Below are positions 10,310-18,521 of a DNA stretch of 64,000 nt, piece by piece. The notes beneath the pieces are model-generated. The model had not been told where the DNA came from. It made no database searches and worked only from the letters and a program-made list of their open reading frames with translations. This DNA comes from Candidatus Chazhemtobacterium aquaticus (GTDB lineage: Bacteria; Patescibacteriota; Microgenomatia; UBA1400; Chazhemtobacteraceae). The position numbers and the translations under genes are program-made. Location: the NCBI RefSeq assembly GCF_009936135.1, contig NZ_CP047901.1:344984-408983 (forward strand), given 5' to 3'. How positions within the stretch are numbered: the stretch's first letter is position 1; each line of letters opens with the position of its first letter.

Positions 10310-12204
10310 AAAGACTATCTCACAACCCCATCCTAGTTCCAGAGCACGACTGGGAAAAAAGGGGCGCCTTTAACCCCAGTGTTATCAAAACCTCCACCAA
10401 GTATCATCTTCTCTATCGCGCCGTTGACCGGGAAGGAATATCTAGAATTGCCGCCGCTGATAGTAAAGACGGTCTCTCTTGGAATCATAAACACATCCTA
10501 ATTGAACCTAATCAAGACTTTGATCAATACGGCTGTGAAGATCCGCGAGTCACTTTTATAGATGATCAATACATCATCCTCTATACCGCCATCTCAATCT
10601 GGCCGCCAGAAGCCAAAGGGATTAAGTTAGCCATTGCCACTAGTAAAGATCTTAAGACCATTTCCTCCAAGAAACCTCTTACTCCCTTTAACGCTAAAGC
10701 AGCAGCCATTCTCCCTAAAAAAATTAACAACCAATACGTTATTGCTCTCACCGTAAATACCGACCATCCTCCTGCCAAAATCGCTCTTGCTTTCGCTGAC
10801 CAAATATCCGATTTCTACTCTCCTGACTACTGGCACAAATGGTACTCCAATCTTGATCAGCATCAACTCAATTTAAACCGCCTCAACTCTGATCAGGTAG
10901 AACTGGGCGCCGCCCCTCTTGAAATCCCTCAGGGTTGGCTTTGGTTCTATTCCCATATCCAAAACTACTACCAACCTGACAAGCGTATTTTTGGTATTGA
11001 GGCAGTCATTACTAAGGCAGAAGATCCAACCAGCATCATATCCCGCACTACCAAGCCTCTGCTTACCCCTCAAGCCGAATATGAAATATCCGGAGAAGTC
11101 AAAAACGTCATCTTCCCCAGTGGCGCTATCACGCTCAACCAAGGCTGGCGCGTCTATTACGGTGCTGCCGACACTTTTTCAGCCGCCGCCGAAATCACCA
11201 AGTCCTCTCTCCAACACAGTCTCGAGCAAACCAACTTAAAAGAGGTCCTTAAACTCAACAAGTCTCCTCACAATCCCATTCTTACTCCGGACCCTAATCG
11301 TCCTTGGGAAGCCAAAGCTGTTTTTAATCCTGCCGTCGTTTATGAACAAGGCGTCTTTCATCTCATTTACCGAGCCCTCTCACCTGACATGGTCTCCACC
11401 CTAGGTTATGCCATGAGTCATGATGGCGTCCATTTTGAAACTCGCTCTACTGAACCAATCTATGTTCCTCGTATGAGCTATGAACAAAAACAAGTCGATG
11501 GTAACTACTCTGGCTGTGAAGACCCTCGCATTGTTAAGGTTGGTAACCGCTTCTATATGTTCTACACCGCCTATGACGGCCAGGGACCACCACGTGTTGC
11601 CATGAGCTGGATTAAGGTTGATGATTTTGTCAAACATAACTGGCTCTGGAGTCCGCCAACCCTAATCTCCCCTCCCGGAATCGACAACAAAAACACCTGC
11701 ATCTTTCCTGAGAAAATTAATGGTAAATACCTAATGCTTCATCGCGTCGGTGGTCGCGACATTGCCATTGATTGGCTCATGGACTTAAATCACTTTGATG
11801 GACTAAACTGGCTTGAAAAAGAGGAATCAATCAGTCGTATCGAACACTCCTGGCAGGGAGAAAAAATCGGCATTGGTGCTCCTCCCATCAAAACTGACTC
11901 AGGCTGGCTCCTCATCTATCACGGAGTTTCTGATATCGACAGTCAATATCGTGCCGGTGCCATGCTACTCGATCTTGATGACCCAACTAAAGTCCTAGCT
12001 CGCACTCAATACCCCCTTCTTGAACCAACCGAAAGCTATGAGCAAAAAGGTCTGGTCAATAATGTCGTCTTCCCGTGTGGAGCCGCCGTCGCTCAAGGAC
12101 AACTCTTTGTCTATTACGGCGCTGCCGATCAATCAATTGGTGTTGCCACCATCGAACTTAACAAGCTCCTTAGTTATCTTAAAGACTCTCAACAAACCGA
12201 ATAA
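10306..12204 (+). CDS. Tandem double GH130-family glycosidase/phosphorylase
   Basis: Two copies of FNP / LYRA / GCEDPR / VxFPxG / YYGAAD; ATGA overlap with upstream gene. Confidence 0.9.
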   Translation: MKRLSHNPILVPEHDWEKRGAFNPSVIKTSTKYHLLYRAVDREGISRIAAADSKDGLSWNHKHILIEPNQDFDQYGCEDPRVTFIDDQYIILYTAISIWPPEAKGIKLAIATSKDLKTISSKKPLTPFNAKAAAILPKKINNQYVIALTVNTDHPPAKIALAFADQISDFYSPDYWHKWYSNLDQHQLNLNRLNSDQVELGAAPLEIPQGWLWFYSHIQNYYQPDKRIFGIEAVITKAEDPTSIISRTTKPLLTPQAEYEISGEVKNVIFPSGAITLNQGWRVYYGAADTFSAAAEITKSSLQHSLEQTNLKEVLKLNKSPHNPILTPDPNRPWEAKAVFNPAVVYEQGVFHLIYRALSPDMVSTLGYAMSHDGVHFETRSTEPIYVPRMSYEQKQVDGNYSGCEDPRIVKVGNRFYMFYTAYDGQGPPRVAMSWIKVDDFVKHNWLWSPPTLISPPGIDNKNTCIFPEKINGKYLMLHRVGGRDIAIDWLMDLNHFDGLNWLEKEESISRIEHSWQGEKIGIGAPPIKTDSGWLLIYHGVSDIDSQYRAGAMLLDLDDPTKVLARTQYPLLEPTESYEQKGLVNNVVFPCGAAVAQGQLFVYYGAADQSIGVATIELNKLLSYLKDSQQTE

Positions 12205-12221
12205 AACGCCTTTTCTCCTTC

Positions 12222-12998
12222 CTATCTATACAACCACACACAAACAACCAACAAAGTTACTGATACTAAGTAGCTCAGCATAAACACCCGTCTCTTCTCT
12301 TTCCACTCGTCATATTTCACCCGTTCAATAAACTTACCCGGAGTCCGTTTGACCACAAACGATTTGTAAAACTCAACCAATATCCGTTCCAATCCCGCCG
12401 CTCCCATAATCAAAATCAATAAACTGTTAGTTAAGCTCTGTAGTAACCAGAAACACCCCATGATCAGTAAAAAACTTCTCGGAAACTTCAACCAATTAAA
12501 CCCCTCAATAGGTGCATCTTTCCATGCTCCCCCTACAGAAGCAAATACCGCCACTAACAAACCAACCGCCAACCACAATACCCCTTCAGTCTTAACCTGA
12601 GCTGCCCAATAACTTGCCCCAACCAGAAACAATATGGCCCCAACCCCCAAAGGCAACCTCCAACGATAGGGGACTACTCTTCCAAAATAATGAAAAGACT
12701 GAGGTATCTTGTATATCCCCTCTCGCTGCTTTCGCCTAAACAAACCCTTCCATATTTCATGGCTAATTCTTTCAAAAGCCATTGCCGCCAGCACCAGCAC
12801 TATTACACTTGCCTCCATGCCAAACATCTCTACCATCCATCCAAGTAGCACAAAGAAACCCAAAGTACTCACCACTGATCTAAAAAAACTTTTCCATTCA
12901 AATCCCTCATAAGGCGTATCCTTATACGCTCCCCAAGAGGCAGTCATCAATCCTGCCAGTATTGCCATAGTCAACTCAAAAAACATATTCACATTCAT
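12222..12998 (-). CDS. Polytopic membrane protein with internal duplication
   Basis: Repeated motif WGAYKDTPYEGF..FFRS / GGAWKDAPIEGF..FPRS, many TM segments. Confidence 0.75.
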   Translation of the reverse strand: MNVNMFFELTMAILAGLMTASWGAYKDTPYEGFEWKSFFRSVVSTLGFFVLLGWMVEMFGMEASVIVLVLAAMAFERISHEIWKGLFRRKQREGIYKIPQSFHYFGRVVPYRWRLPLGVGAILFLVGASYWAAQVKTEGVLWLAVGLLVAVFASVGGAWKDAPIEGFNWLKFPRSFLLIMGCFWLLQSLTNSLLILIMGAAGLERILVEFYKSFVVKRTPGKFIERVKYDEWKEKRRVFMLSYLVSVTLLVVCVWLYR

Positions 12999-13075
12999 AT
13001 ACCCATTCTCTCCCTACTAGCCTCGCAAGTAAACCTTTTGTTAACAGTCAACGTCAACTCAACAAAACTCATTTG

Positions 13076-13146
13076 TTGCCGGGCTAGGACTCGAACCTAG
13101 GTTAACGGGGCCAGAACCCGCCGTCCTACCACTAGACGACCCGGCA
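13076..13146 (-). tRNA. tRNA-Gln(CTG), no encoded CCA
   Basis: Reverse complement TGCCGGGTCGTCTAGTGGTAGGACGGCGGGTTCTGGCCCCGTTAACCTAGGTTCGAGTCCTAGCCCGGCAA folds as a cloverleaf. Confidence 0.95.
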
Positions 13147-13235
13147 ATAACCTTCATATTTTAACATTCTCGCCACGGCAATTATAGGTTATAATCATTC
13201 CACCTACTGGCTTGTACCTTAAAGGAGTGGTAGCG

Positions 13236-13466
13236 ATGGTCCAAGTAGATAGCAATCGTCTCGGTGTTGCGATTCTCCACGCGCTAATCAGGCACTGCTT
13301 CTTAAATGAGGACGACTTGTTCCAGGTTGTCACTGAAGCAGAGGTATTAGAAAGCGAAACGGCAGTCTCTCGCGACGAATTTGACGAGGCCCTCAAACAG
13401 CTTGAAGACAACGATCTTATCGTCTTCGGCCAAGTCTACGCTGATTGTTGGTCGCGCAAGTTCTAA
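13236..13466 (+). CDS. Small hypothetical protein, possibly winged-helix
   Basis: AAGGAG upstream of ATG 13236, TATAAT at 13190, terminator downstream; VSRDEFDEALKQLEDNDLI is wHTH-like. Confidence 0.55.
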   Translation: MVQVDSNRLGVAILHALIRHCFLNEDDLFQVVTEAEVLESETAVSRDEFDEALKQLEDNDLIVFGQVYADCWSRKF

Positions 13467-13473
13467 GCAAACT

Positions 13474-13508
13474 ACCCGGTCTGGGATCACTGCCCTGACC
13501 GGGTTTTT
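13474..13508 (+). terminator. Rho-independent terminator
   Basis: ACCCGGTCTGGG...CCCTGACCGGGT hairpin followed by T tract. Confidence 0.75.
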
Positions 13509-13509
13509 A

Positions 13510-13568
13510 TTGACATTCTCACCCTGCTCGTCATACACTCTTAACATACCCAAATAATTCCCGAATAA
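13510..13568 (+). promoter_or_regulatory. rarA promoter with downstream 11-bp-period direct repeat (candidate operator)
   Basis: TTGACA 13510, TACACT 13534; CCCAAATAA-tt-CCCGAATAA at 13549-13568. Confidence 0.5.
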
Positions 13569-13574
13569 GCATCC

Positions 13575-14753
13575 ATGAGCAAAGCTGAACCACTAGCCTC
13601 TCAAATCCGCCCCACCACCCTTGATGATTACATCGGCCAATCTCATCTCGTTGGCAAGGATAAACCTCTTCGTGTAGCCATAGAATCCCAACACCTTTTC
13701 TCTATGATTTTCTGGGGTCCTCCCGGCACTGGTAAAACCACTCTCGCCAAAATCTACGCCAAAGCTCTCAATGCCCACTTTCATGAACTCTCAGCCGTCT
13801 CTGCCGGTAAAGATGACGTCAGAAAAATCATTAAGCAATCCCAAGACGCACTCCAGCCTGGCATTCTTTTCCTTGATGAGATTCATCGCTTCAACAAAGC
13901 CCAGCAAGATTACCTCCTCCCGTATGTTGAGTCAGGTACCATCACCCTCATCGGTGCTACCACCGAAAATCCAAGCTTTGAGGTCATCTCCCCTCTCCTC
14001 TCTCGCTGCCGTATCTTTACTCTCAATGAGCTTACCGATCAAGAAATGCTCATCATCATCAACCGTTCTTTAAAAAAACTAACCACCACCGCCAGTCAAA
14101 CCGCCAAAGACTGGCTTGTCCGCATGGCTAATGGCGACGCCCGCCAAGCCATCACCATGATTGACAACACCTACCAACTGTACCGCAAAATTACCCTCAA
14201 AAATCTCAAAAACACCCTCCAAAACCCCTACCTTCGTTTCGACAAAAAAGGTGAAGAACACTACAACACCATCTCCGCTTTTATCAAAAGCATGCGTGCT
14301 GGCGATGTCAACGCCACCCTCTACTATCTCGCTCGCATGGTCAATGCCGGCGAAGACCCCAAGTTTATAGCCAGAAGAATGGTCATCTTCGCCAGTGAAG
14401 ACATTGGTTTAGCGGCCCCCACCGCCTTAGTTGTCGCCAATGAAGTTTTCAGAGCCGTTGAAACCATCGGCTACCCTGAATGTCAGATTAACCTCGCTCA
14501 TGGTGCCGCCTACCTCGCCTCCTGTCGCAAAGACAAAAGCGCCTATCACGCCTACTTTAAGGCTCTAGACGACGTCAAAAATCTAGGCAATCTCCCCATT
14601 CCTTTAAACTTAAGAAACGCCCCTACCAAACTTATGAAAAACCTAGGCTACGGCCAAGGATATCAACCTTACACCAAAGCAAGCCTGCTTCCTGAGAAGA
14701 TAAAAAACAAGCAATACTTCACTAGCTCCAAACCAGCCAAAAAAACTCCCTAA
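13575..14753 (+). CDS. rarA: Replication-associated recombination protein A (RarA/MgsA AAA+ ATPase)
   Basis: [51 protein letters not shown]. Confidence 0.95.
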   Translation: MSKAEPLASQIRPTTLDDYIGQSHLVGKDKPLRVAIESQHLFSMIFWGPPGTGKTTLAKIYAKALNAHFHELSAVSAGKDDVRKIIKQSQDALQPGILFLDEIHRFNKAQQDYLLPYVESGTITLIGATTENPSFEVISPLLSRCRIFTLNELTDQEMLIIINRSLKKLTTTASQTAKDWLVRMANGDARQAITMIDNTYQLYRKITLKNLKNTLQNPYLRFDKKGEEHYNTISAFIKSMRAGDVNATLYYLARMVNAGEDPKFIARRMVIFASEDIGLAAPTALVVANEVFRAVETIGYPECQINLAHGAAYLASCRKDKSAYHAYFKALDDVKNLGNLPIPLNLRNAPTKLMKNLGYGQGYQPYTKASLLPEKIKNKQYFTSSKPAKKTP

Positions 14754-15445
14754 CTTAAACTATTCTCCCTGTTCCATTTTTCTGCCTCTACAATAATCCT
14801 CCGCATCATTCTCACTGACTCAACAGGATACTTGCCGATTGCCGTCTCCTCCGACAACATAACCGCTGATGAGTGCTCAAAAATCGCATTAGCTACATCC
14901 GATACCTCTGCCCTAGTTGGTTCTGACTTTTCAACCATTGACAGCAACATCTCGGTTGCCGTAATCAAAAACTTTCCTGCTTCCAAAGTCTTTCTTGTAA
15001 ACTCTTTCTGCAGTGGCGGCACTCGCTCTACAGGCACAGCCCTACCCAAATCACCTCTGGCCACCATAATCCCATCCGATACCGCCAAGATCTTCTCAAA
15101 GTTTTCTACTCCCAGTCTTGACTCAATTTTTGCAATCACTCTCACTTTCTTCATCCTCTCTCTAACCTCCACAATCTGTTCCTCTCTCTCTGCAAACGAC
15201 ACTGCTACCACCCCTATCCCCTTTGCCCGTGCATACTCTAAAGCTCCCAACTCCTTAATATCCCAAATAACCTCAACTCCTCCGCCAACCTCTTCCAGAC
15301 TATCAAGTACCATCTCATATTGCCCCTCATCTCCATACGCTGTATTAATCCGCACATAATCAATTCCCGCTTCCACTAACTCCTTCACTAAACCAACCGA
15401 AGCTGGTCCAATCGTGGCAATTATCTTTGTTTCTATCTCTTCCAT
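14750..15445 (-). CDS. pyk: Pyruvate kinase, barrel-only minimal form (start probably 15445)
   Basis: TKIIATIGPAS, IAKIE, DGIMVARGDLG, PTRAEVSDVANA, MLSEETAIGKYP; lid and C-terminal domains absent. Confidence 0.85.
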   Translation of the reverse strand: MEEIETKIIATIGPASVGLVKELVEAGIDYVRINTAYGDEGQYEMVLDSLEEVGGGVEVIWDIKELGALEYARAKGIGVVAVSFAEREEQIVEVRERMKKVRVIAKIESRLGVENFEKILAVSDGIMVARGDLGRAVPVERVPPLQKEFTRKTLEAGKFLITATEMLLSMVEKSEPTRAEVSDVANAIFEHSSAVMLSEETAIGKYPVESVRMMRRIIVEAEKWNRENSLS

Positions 15446-15523
15446 CTCCTCTATTCTACCTACTTTTCCTCTCTCTATCACCACCACCCACAAACTATTT
15501 TTATACGGTATACCAGCTCAATA

Positions 15524-15568
15524 TTGACAAAGACCCATAATAATCGTAAAATTACCCCTATCGCACAT
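15524..15568 (+). promoter_or_regulatory. Sigma70-type promoter followed by ATCGCACAT
   Basis: TTGACA(15524)-17 nt-TAAAAT(15547); ATCGCACAT at 15560. Confidence 0.7.
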
Positions 15569-15591
15569 TGAGTTGACCAAGGAGTCAAACG

Positions 15592-16686
15592 GTGAAAAAG
15601 TTTTTTCTCCCGCTCTTGCTAGTCGTCGTGCTGGCGATGCCTTTCGTACACGCCAGCCCCGCCCAAGCCACGGGGGCAGTCTGCCCTCCTGGCAACGTCA
15701 AATGGGAGACCGACGGTGGTTATGAGTACACCGACGGCAGCGCCACAGTAAGTGGCAACGCCGATCAGGTGACCGTCACCGCCACCGAAGGATATGAGGT
15801 CGTCGGGGTCTGCATCAAAATCGGGGGTCCCGGTGGTGGCGAAACGATATCGTTCACCTCAGCCGGAACATTCGGCCCGTTCGCCTACGGCATCTCGCAT
15901 GTCGTGGTGACAACCAGGCCAGCGACGCCCCCTCCGCCTCCGCCTCCGCCCCCTCCGCCTCCGCCTCCGCCCCCTCCGCCTCCGCCCCCTCCGCCCCCTC
16001 CGCCCCCTCCGCCCCCTCCGCCCGGGGTGAACACCTTAACGGTGACCCCAACAGTGGACTGTGAGGGATGGAGCATCCTGATTCAAGCATCAGAGGGTGC
16101 GAGCATCTCCGGCAGCCCGGGCATCAGCGGCGACTGGTCCCAGGTCACATCCGTATCAGTCACGGTTACCGCAACCTGGACCGAAGGCGAACCGCTGACC
16201 ATTCAATGGGCAGAGACTCTCTCTTTGCCCGAAGACTGTGGCGTCGTTCCTCCGCCCCCACCTCCTCCGCCCCAGGACACACCCACACCCGTACCCCCGC
16301 CCTGGAAGCCCGGAGCATATCAGTGCACCGTCATGACCGGCGTCACCGGAACGACCTACGAAATCTACTGGGTCGCGGGAGATGGCAGCATTGGAGGCCT
16401 CTCTCAACCGGCTCAAGGGCTCGGACCTAACGGCGAAGCGCAAGTCTTTTTCAGCAACAGCGGCAACTACATCGTAGTGGCCAATTCCGCTGTAATCGCG
16501 CGCTTCTCTATGCCCGGATGCGCCCCGATGGACGCTCCTCCTGCCACACCGGCGCCCCCTACCGGCACCGGCGGACCGTCAACACCCAGCTCGCTTGCTG
16601 GAGTCGGAGCCATCGGCTTCCTGGCGGTTCTCCTCGGCGGGGCACTCCTGTTCGTTATTCCCCGGCGCTTCGGCCAGGACAGCTAG
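15592..16686 (+). CDS. Secreted proline-rich surface protein with sortase-type C-terminal sorting signal
   Basis: GTG start with AAGGAG; signal peptide; 32-Pro tract; APPTG + hydrophobic TM + RR tail; much higher G content than flanks. Confidence 0.75.
   Translation: MKKFFLPLLLVVVLAMPFVHASPAQATGAVCPPGNVKWETDGGYEYTDGSATVSGNADQVTVTATEGYEVVGVCIKIGGPGGGETISFTSAGTFGPFAYGISHVVVTTRPATPPPPPPPPPPPPPPPPPPPPPPPPPPPPPPPPGVNTLTVTPTVDCEGWSILIQASEGASISGSPGISGDWSQVTSVSVTVTATWTEGEPLTIQWAETLSLPEDCGVVPPPPPPPPQDTPTPVPPPWKPGAYQCTVMTGVTGTTYEIYWVAGDGSIGGLSQPAQGLGPNGEAQVFFSNSGNYIVVANSAVIARFSMPGCAPMDAPPATPAPPTGTGGPSTPSSLAGVGAIGFLAVLLGGALLFVIPRRFGQDS
15928..16023 (+). repeat. Poly-proline-coding tandem repeat (CCCCCTCCG and CCTCCG units)
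   Basis: 96 nt = 32 consecutive Pro codons. Confidence 0.95.
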
Positions 16687-16704
16687 TCAACTCTGCACCT
16701 CGTT

Positions 16705-16742
16705 AGGCACCAATCTTTACCAAAAGGTTGGTGCCTTTTTTT
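16705..16742 (+). terminator. Rho-independent terminator
   Basis: AGGCACCAATCTTT / AAAGGTTGGTGCCT stem plus T tract. Confidence 0.85.
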
Positions 16743-16753
16743 GTTTATTTCCA

Positions 16754-16797
16754 TTGACTTATCCCCCAAAACATCCTATAATAATAACATCGCACAT
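16754..16797 (+). promoter_or_regulatory. Sigma70-type promoter followed by ATCGCACAT
   Basis: TTGACT(16754)-17 nt-TATAAT(16777); ATCGCACAT at 16789; AGGAGG before ATG 16821. Confidence 0.75.
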
Positions 16798-16820
16798 ACA
16801 CATAGGAGGACAAACAAATC

Positions 16821-17570
16821 ATGGTTCGCCATTTCCTGTTCATTGTATTAACCCTCTCTCTCTTAACCTCTCCGGCGGTCTTTGCCGATGGTGGGGTAGG
16901 TGGTCCCAAACCAATCGACTTCTCCTCAAGGGGGCCTGTCACATTCGTATTTCCCTGCCCCTTGCGGGACAACCGAGAAGTCAGGATCACTCTCACCCCC
17001 ATCACTGCGGAGAGTGTCCATTTTGATCCTGACAACCTTCAGGGTTACGAAGAGGTCATCCCCTTCGCAAACCCAAGCATCCGGGTCGACCTTTGGATGA
17101 CTCACTCAGGCTGGTGGGACAACCAAGAGAATCCGGCCGACATTTTAAGGGAATGTGTTCAGGGTGGTGGTAACAACACTACCTGGACGCTATCACTCGA
17201 GAGTGACATGTGGGCGAATATCGACATGCTCGTGTCACGCCCTATAGAGGTCTCCCAAGGCGACCAGATTACCACCATGCAAATCGTCGCCGCCACAGTG
17301 GTAGGTCACGAATACTTAGAAGAATACTCTCAAGACGTTCGTGGCATCCCTGGTCTACTGGCCGAAATAGATCCACGCTTCGAGGATCTGCTCACGTTCC
17401 ACTTCACCCCTGATCCGCAGGTGCAGGACTTTTTTTTGATCACCTGCTTATGGGGACCGTATGGCCAACCATGGCGTTCGTACAGCCAGACACACGGCTA
17501 TTATGAATACGCTCGCCTTGTTCTTTGGCTTCGGGTCAATACTGACCCACAGGAAGGCTCTTTACCTTGA
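16821..17570 (+). CDS. Secreted protein, putative divergent sortase
   Basis: Signal peptide; THSG (H95), LITC (C209), YARLV (R232) in sortase order. Confidence 0.55.
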   Translation: MVRHFLFIVLTLSLLTSPAVFADGGVGGPKPIDFSSRGPVTFVFPCPLRDNREVRITLTPITAESVHFDPDNLQGYEEVIPFANPSIRVDLWMTHSGWWDNQENPADILRECVQGGGNNTTWTLSLESDMWANIDMLVSRPIEVSQGDQITTMQIVAATVVGHEYLEEYSQDVRGIPGLLAEIDPRFEDLLTFHFTPDPQVQDFFLITCLWGPYGQPWRSYSQTHGYYEYARLVLWLRVNTDPQEGSLP

Positions 17571-17596
17571 ACCCAAGGTAAACCCTTCCTTTTTTT
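17551..17596 (+). terminator. Rho-independent terminator overlapping the stop codon
   Basis: AGGAAGG..TTTACCTTG / CAAGGTAAA..CCTTCCT plus T tract. Confidence 0.75.
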
Positions 17597-17640
17597 GTTT
17601 CCCTAAAACCTTACAACCGCAGAATCGATATAATCAGTGT

Positions 17641-18267
17641 ATGCACAGTCTTCTAAGAAAGTTTTTTCGTCTCCCCACTTCCATTCTTTTCTTTCTCCTC
17701 TTTATTATCTTCGTCCTACTTCACAACTTCATATACACCTTAACCAGTGTTGAGGAAGCTCTTTTTTTCTCCCTTGCTCTCATCTCGGTTCTCATCTCAC
17801 TCATATCTACTCTCAATCGCTTTCTTAACCTAATGACTTTTTTTCTATCTTCCCACCTATCCATATCACCCAAGAAATCATCCTCCCTCATTCAGTCTCT
17901 GCTTATTACTCACACCATCTTCTCCTGGTTTGCCATTATTCTCCTTCTCTTCGCCTACTCCTCCATCTGGCCACTCTTAAGCAATATCCCCTTTATTCCT
18001 CCTCCTTTCTACACTCTTGTTGCCTTCTTAATTTTCCCTCCCACTCTCTTTCAAACATTCATTCTTCTTAAACACAAACTCAGTAAAATCTCACTCAACC
18101 TAATCGCCTGGTCTGCTTTTGTTCCCGCTATCATCATTACAGCTGCCCTAACACTTACCAACTTTCCTCTTTACCCATCAGCCCATCTTGGCCTAAGCCT
18201 GTTAAGCCTCTCCTTCTTCATCCTTGGACTAACCTATCTCACCTTCTCCCACAAACTCAAGGCTTAA
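17641..18267 (+). CDS. Hypothetical membrane protein (start probably 17641)
   Basis: About 6 TM segments; TATAAT 6 nt upstream of ATG 17641. Confidence 0.65.
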   Translation: MHSLLRKFFRLPTSILFFLLFIIFVLLHNFIYTLTSVEEALFFSLALISVLISLISTLNRFLNLMTFFLSSHLSISPKKSSSLIQSLLITHTIFSWFAIILLLFAYSSIWPLLSNIPFIPPPFYTLVAFLIFPPTLFQTFILLKHKLSKISLNLIAWSAFVPAIIITAALTLTNFPLYPSAHLGLSLLSLSFFILGLTYLTFSHKLKA

Positions 18268-18511
18268 CCTTGTATCCCAACTTAACTATCTCTTCCTTTA
18301 TCTTCTTCTCACTCACTTTCCCTTTGTCATAAACCACGACTGTCTTACCCTTAGCATAACTTGTCCTTGCCTCCACTACTCCCGGCAACTCCTCCAATAC
18401 TCCATCAATATTGACGCTACAACTAACACAATGCATATCATCAATCTCCATCTCCAGCCTCTCCCCATCCAACTGCTTCTTTTTAAATAAATTAAACATA
18501 TCTACCAACAA
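18257..18511 (-). CDS. copZ: Heavy-metal-associated (HMA) copper chaperone
   Basis: MHCVSC motif, single HMA domain, in copA cluster. Confidence 0.85.
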   Translation of the reverse strand: MLVDMFNLFKKKQLDGERLEMEIDDMHCVSCSVNIDGVLEELPGVVEARTSYAKGKTVVVYDKGKVSEKKIKEEIVKLGYKVKP

Positions 18512-18521
18512 ACTTAATTAA

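Noticed and set aside
14832-15359. 175-aa + strand ORF and similar long antisense ORFs (20308, 37419, 58623)
   Set aside because: Antisense to well-supported genes; a by-product of codon bias
15854-16443. Alternative-frame ORFs (poly-Gly, GAE repeats, Arg-rich) over the proline tract
   Set aside because: Shadows of the GC-rich repeat; the + frame has signal peptide, SD, promoter and terminator
17461-17640. N-terminal extension of the 268-aa ORF
   Set aside because: Overlaps the putative sortase and its terminator; ATG 17641 has a -10 box 6 nt upstream
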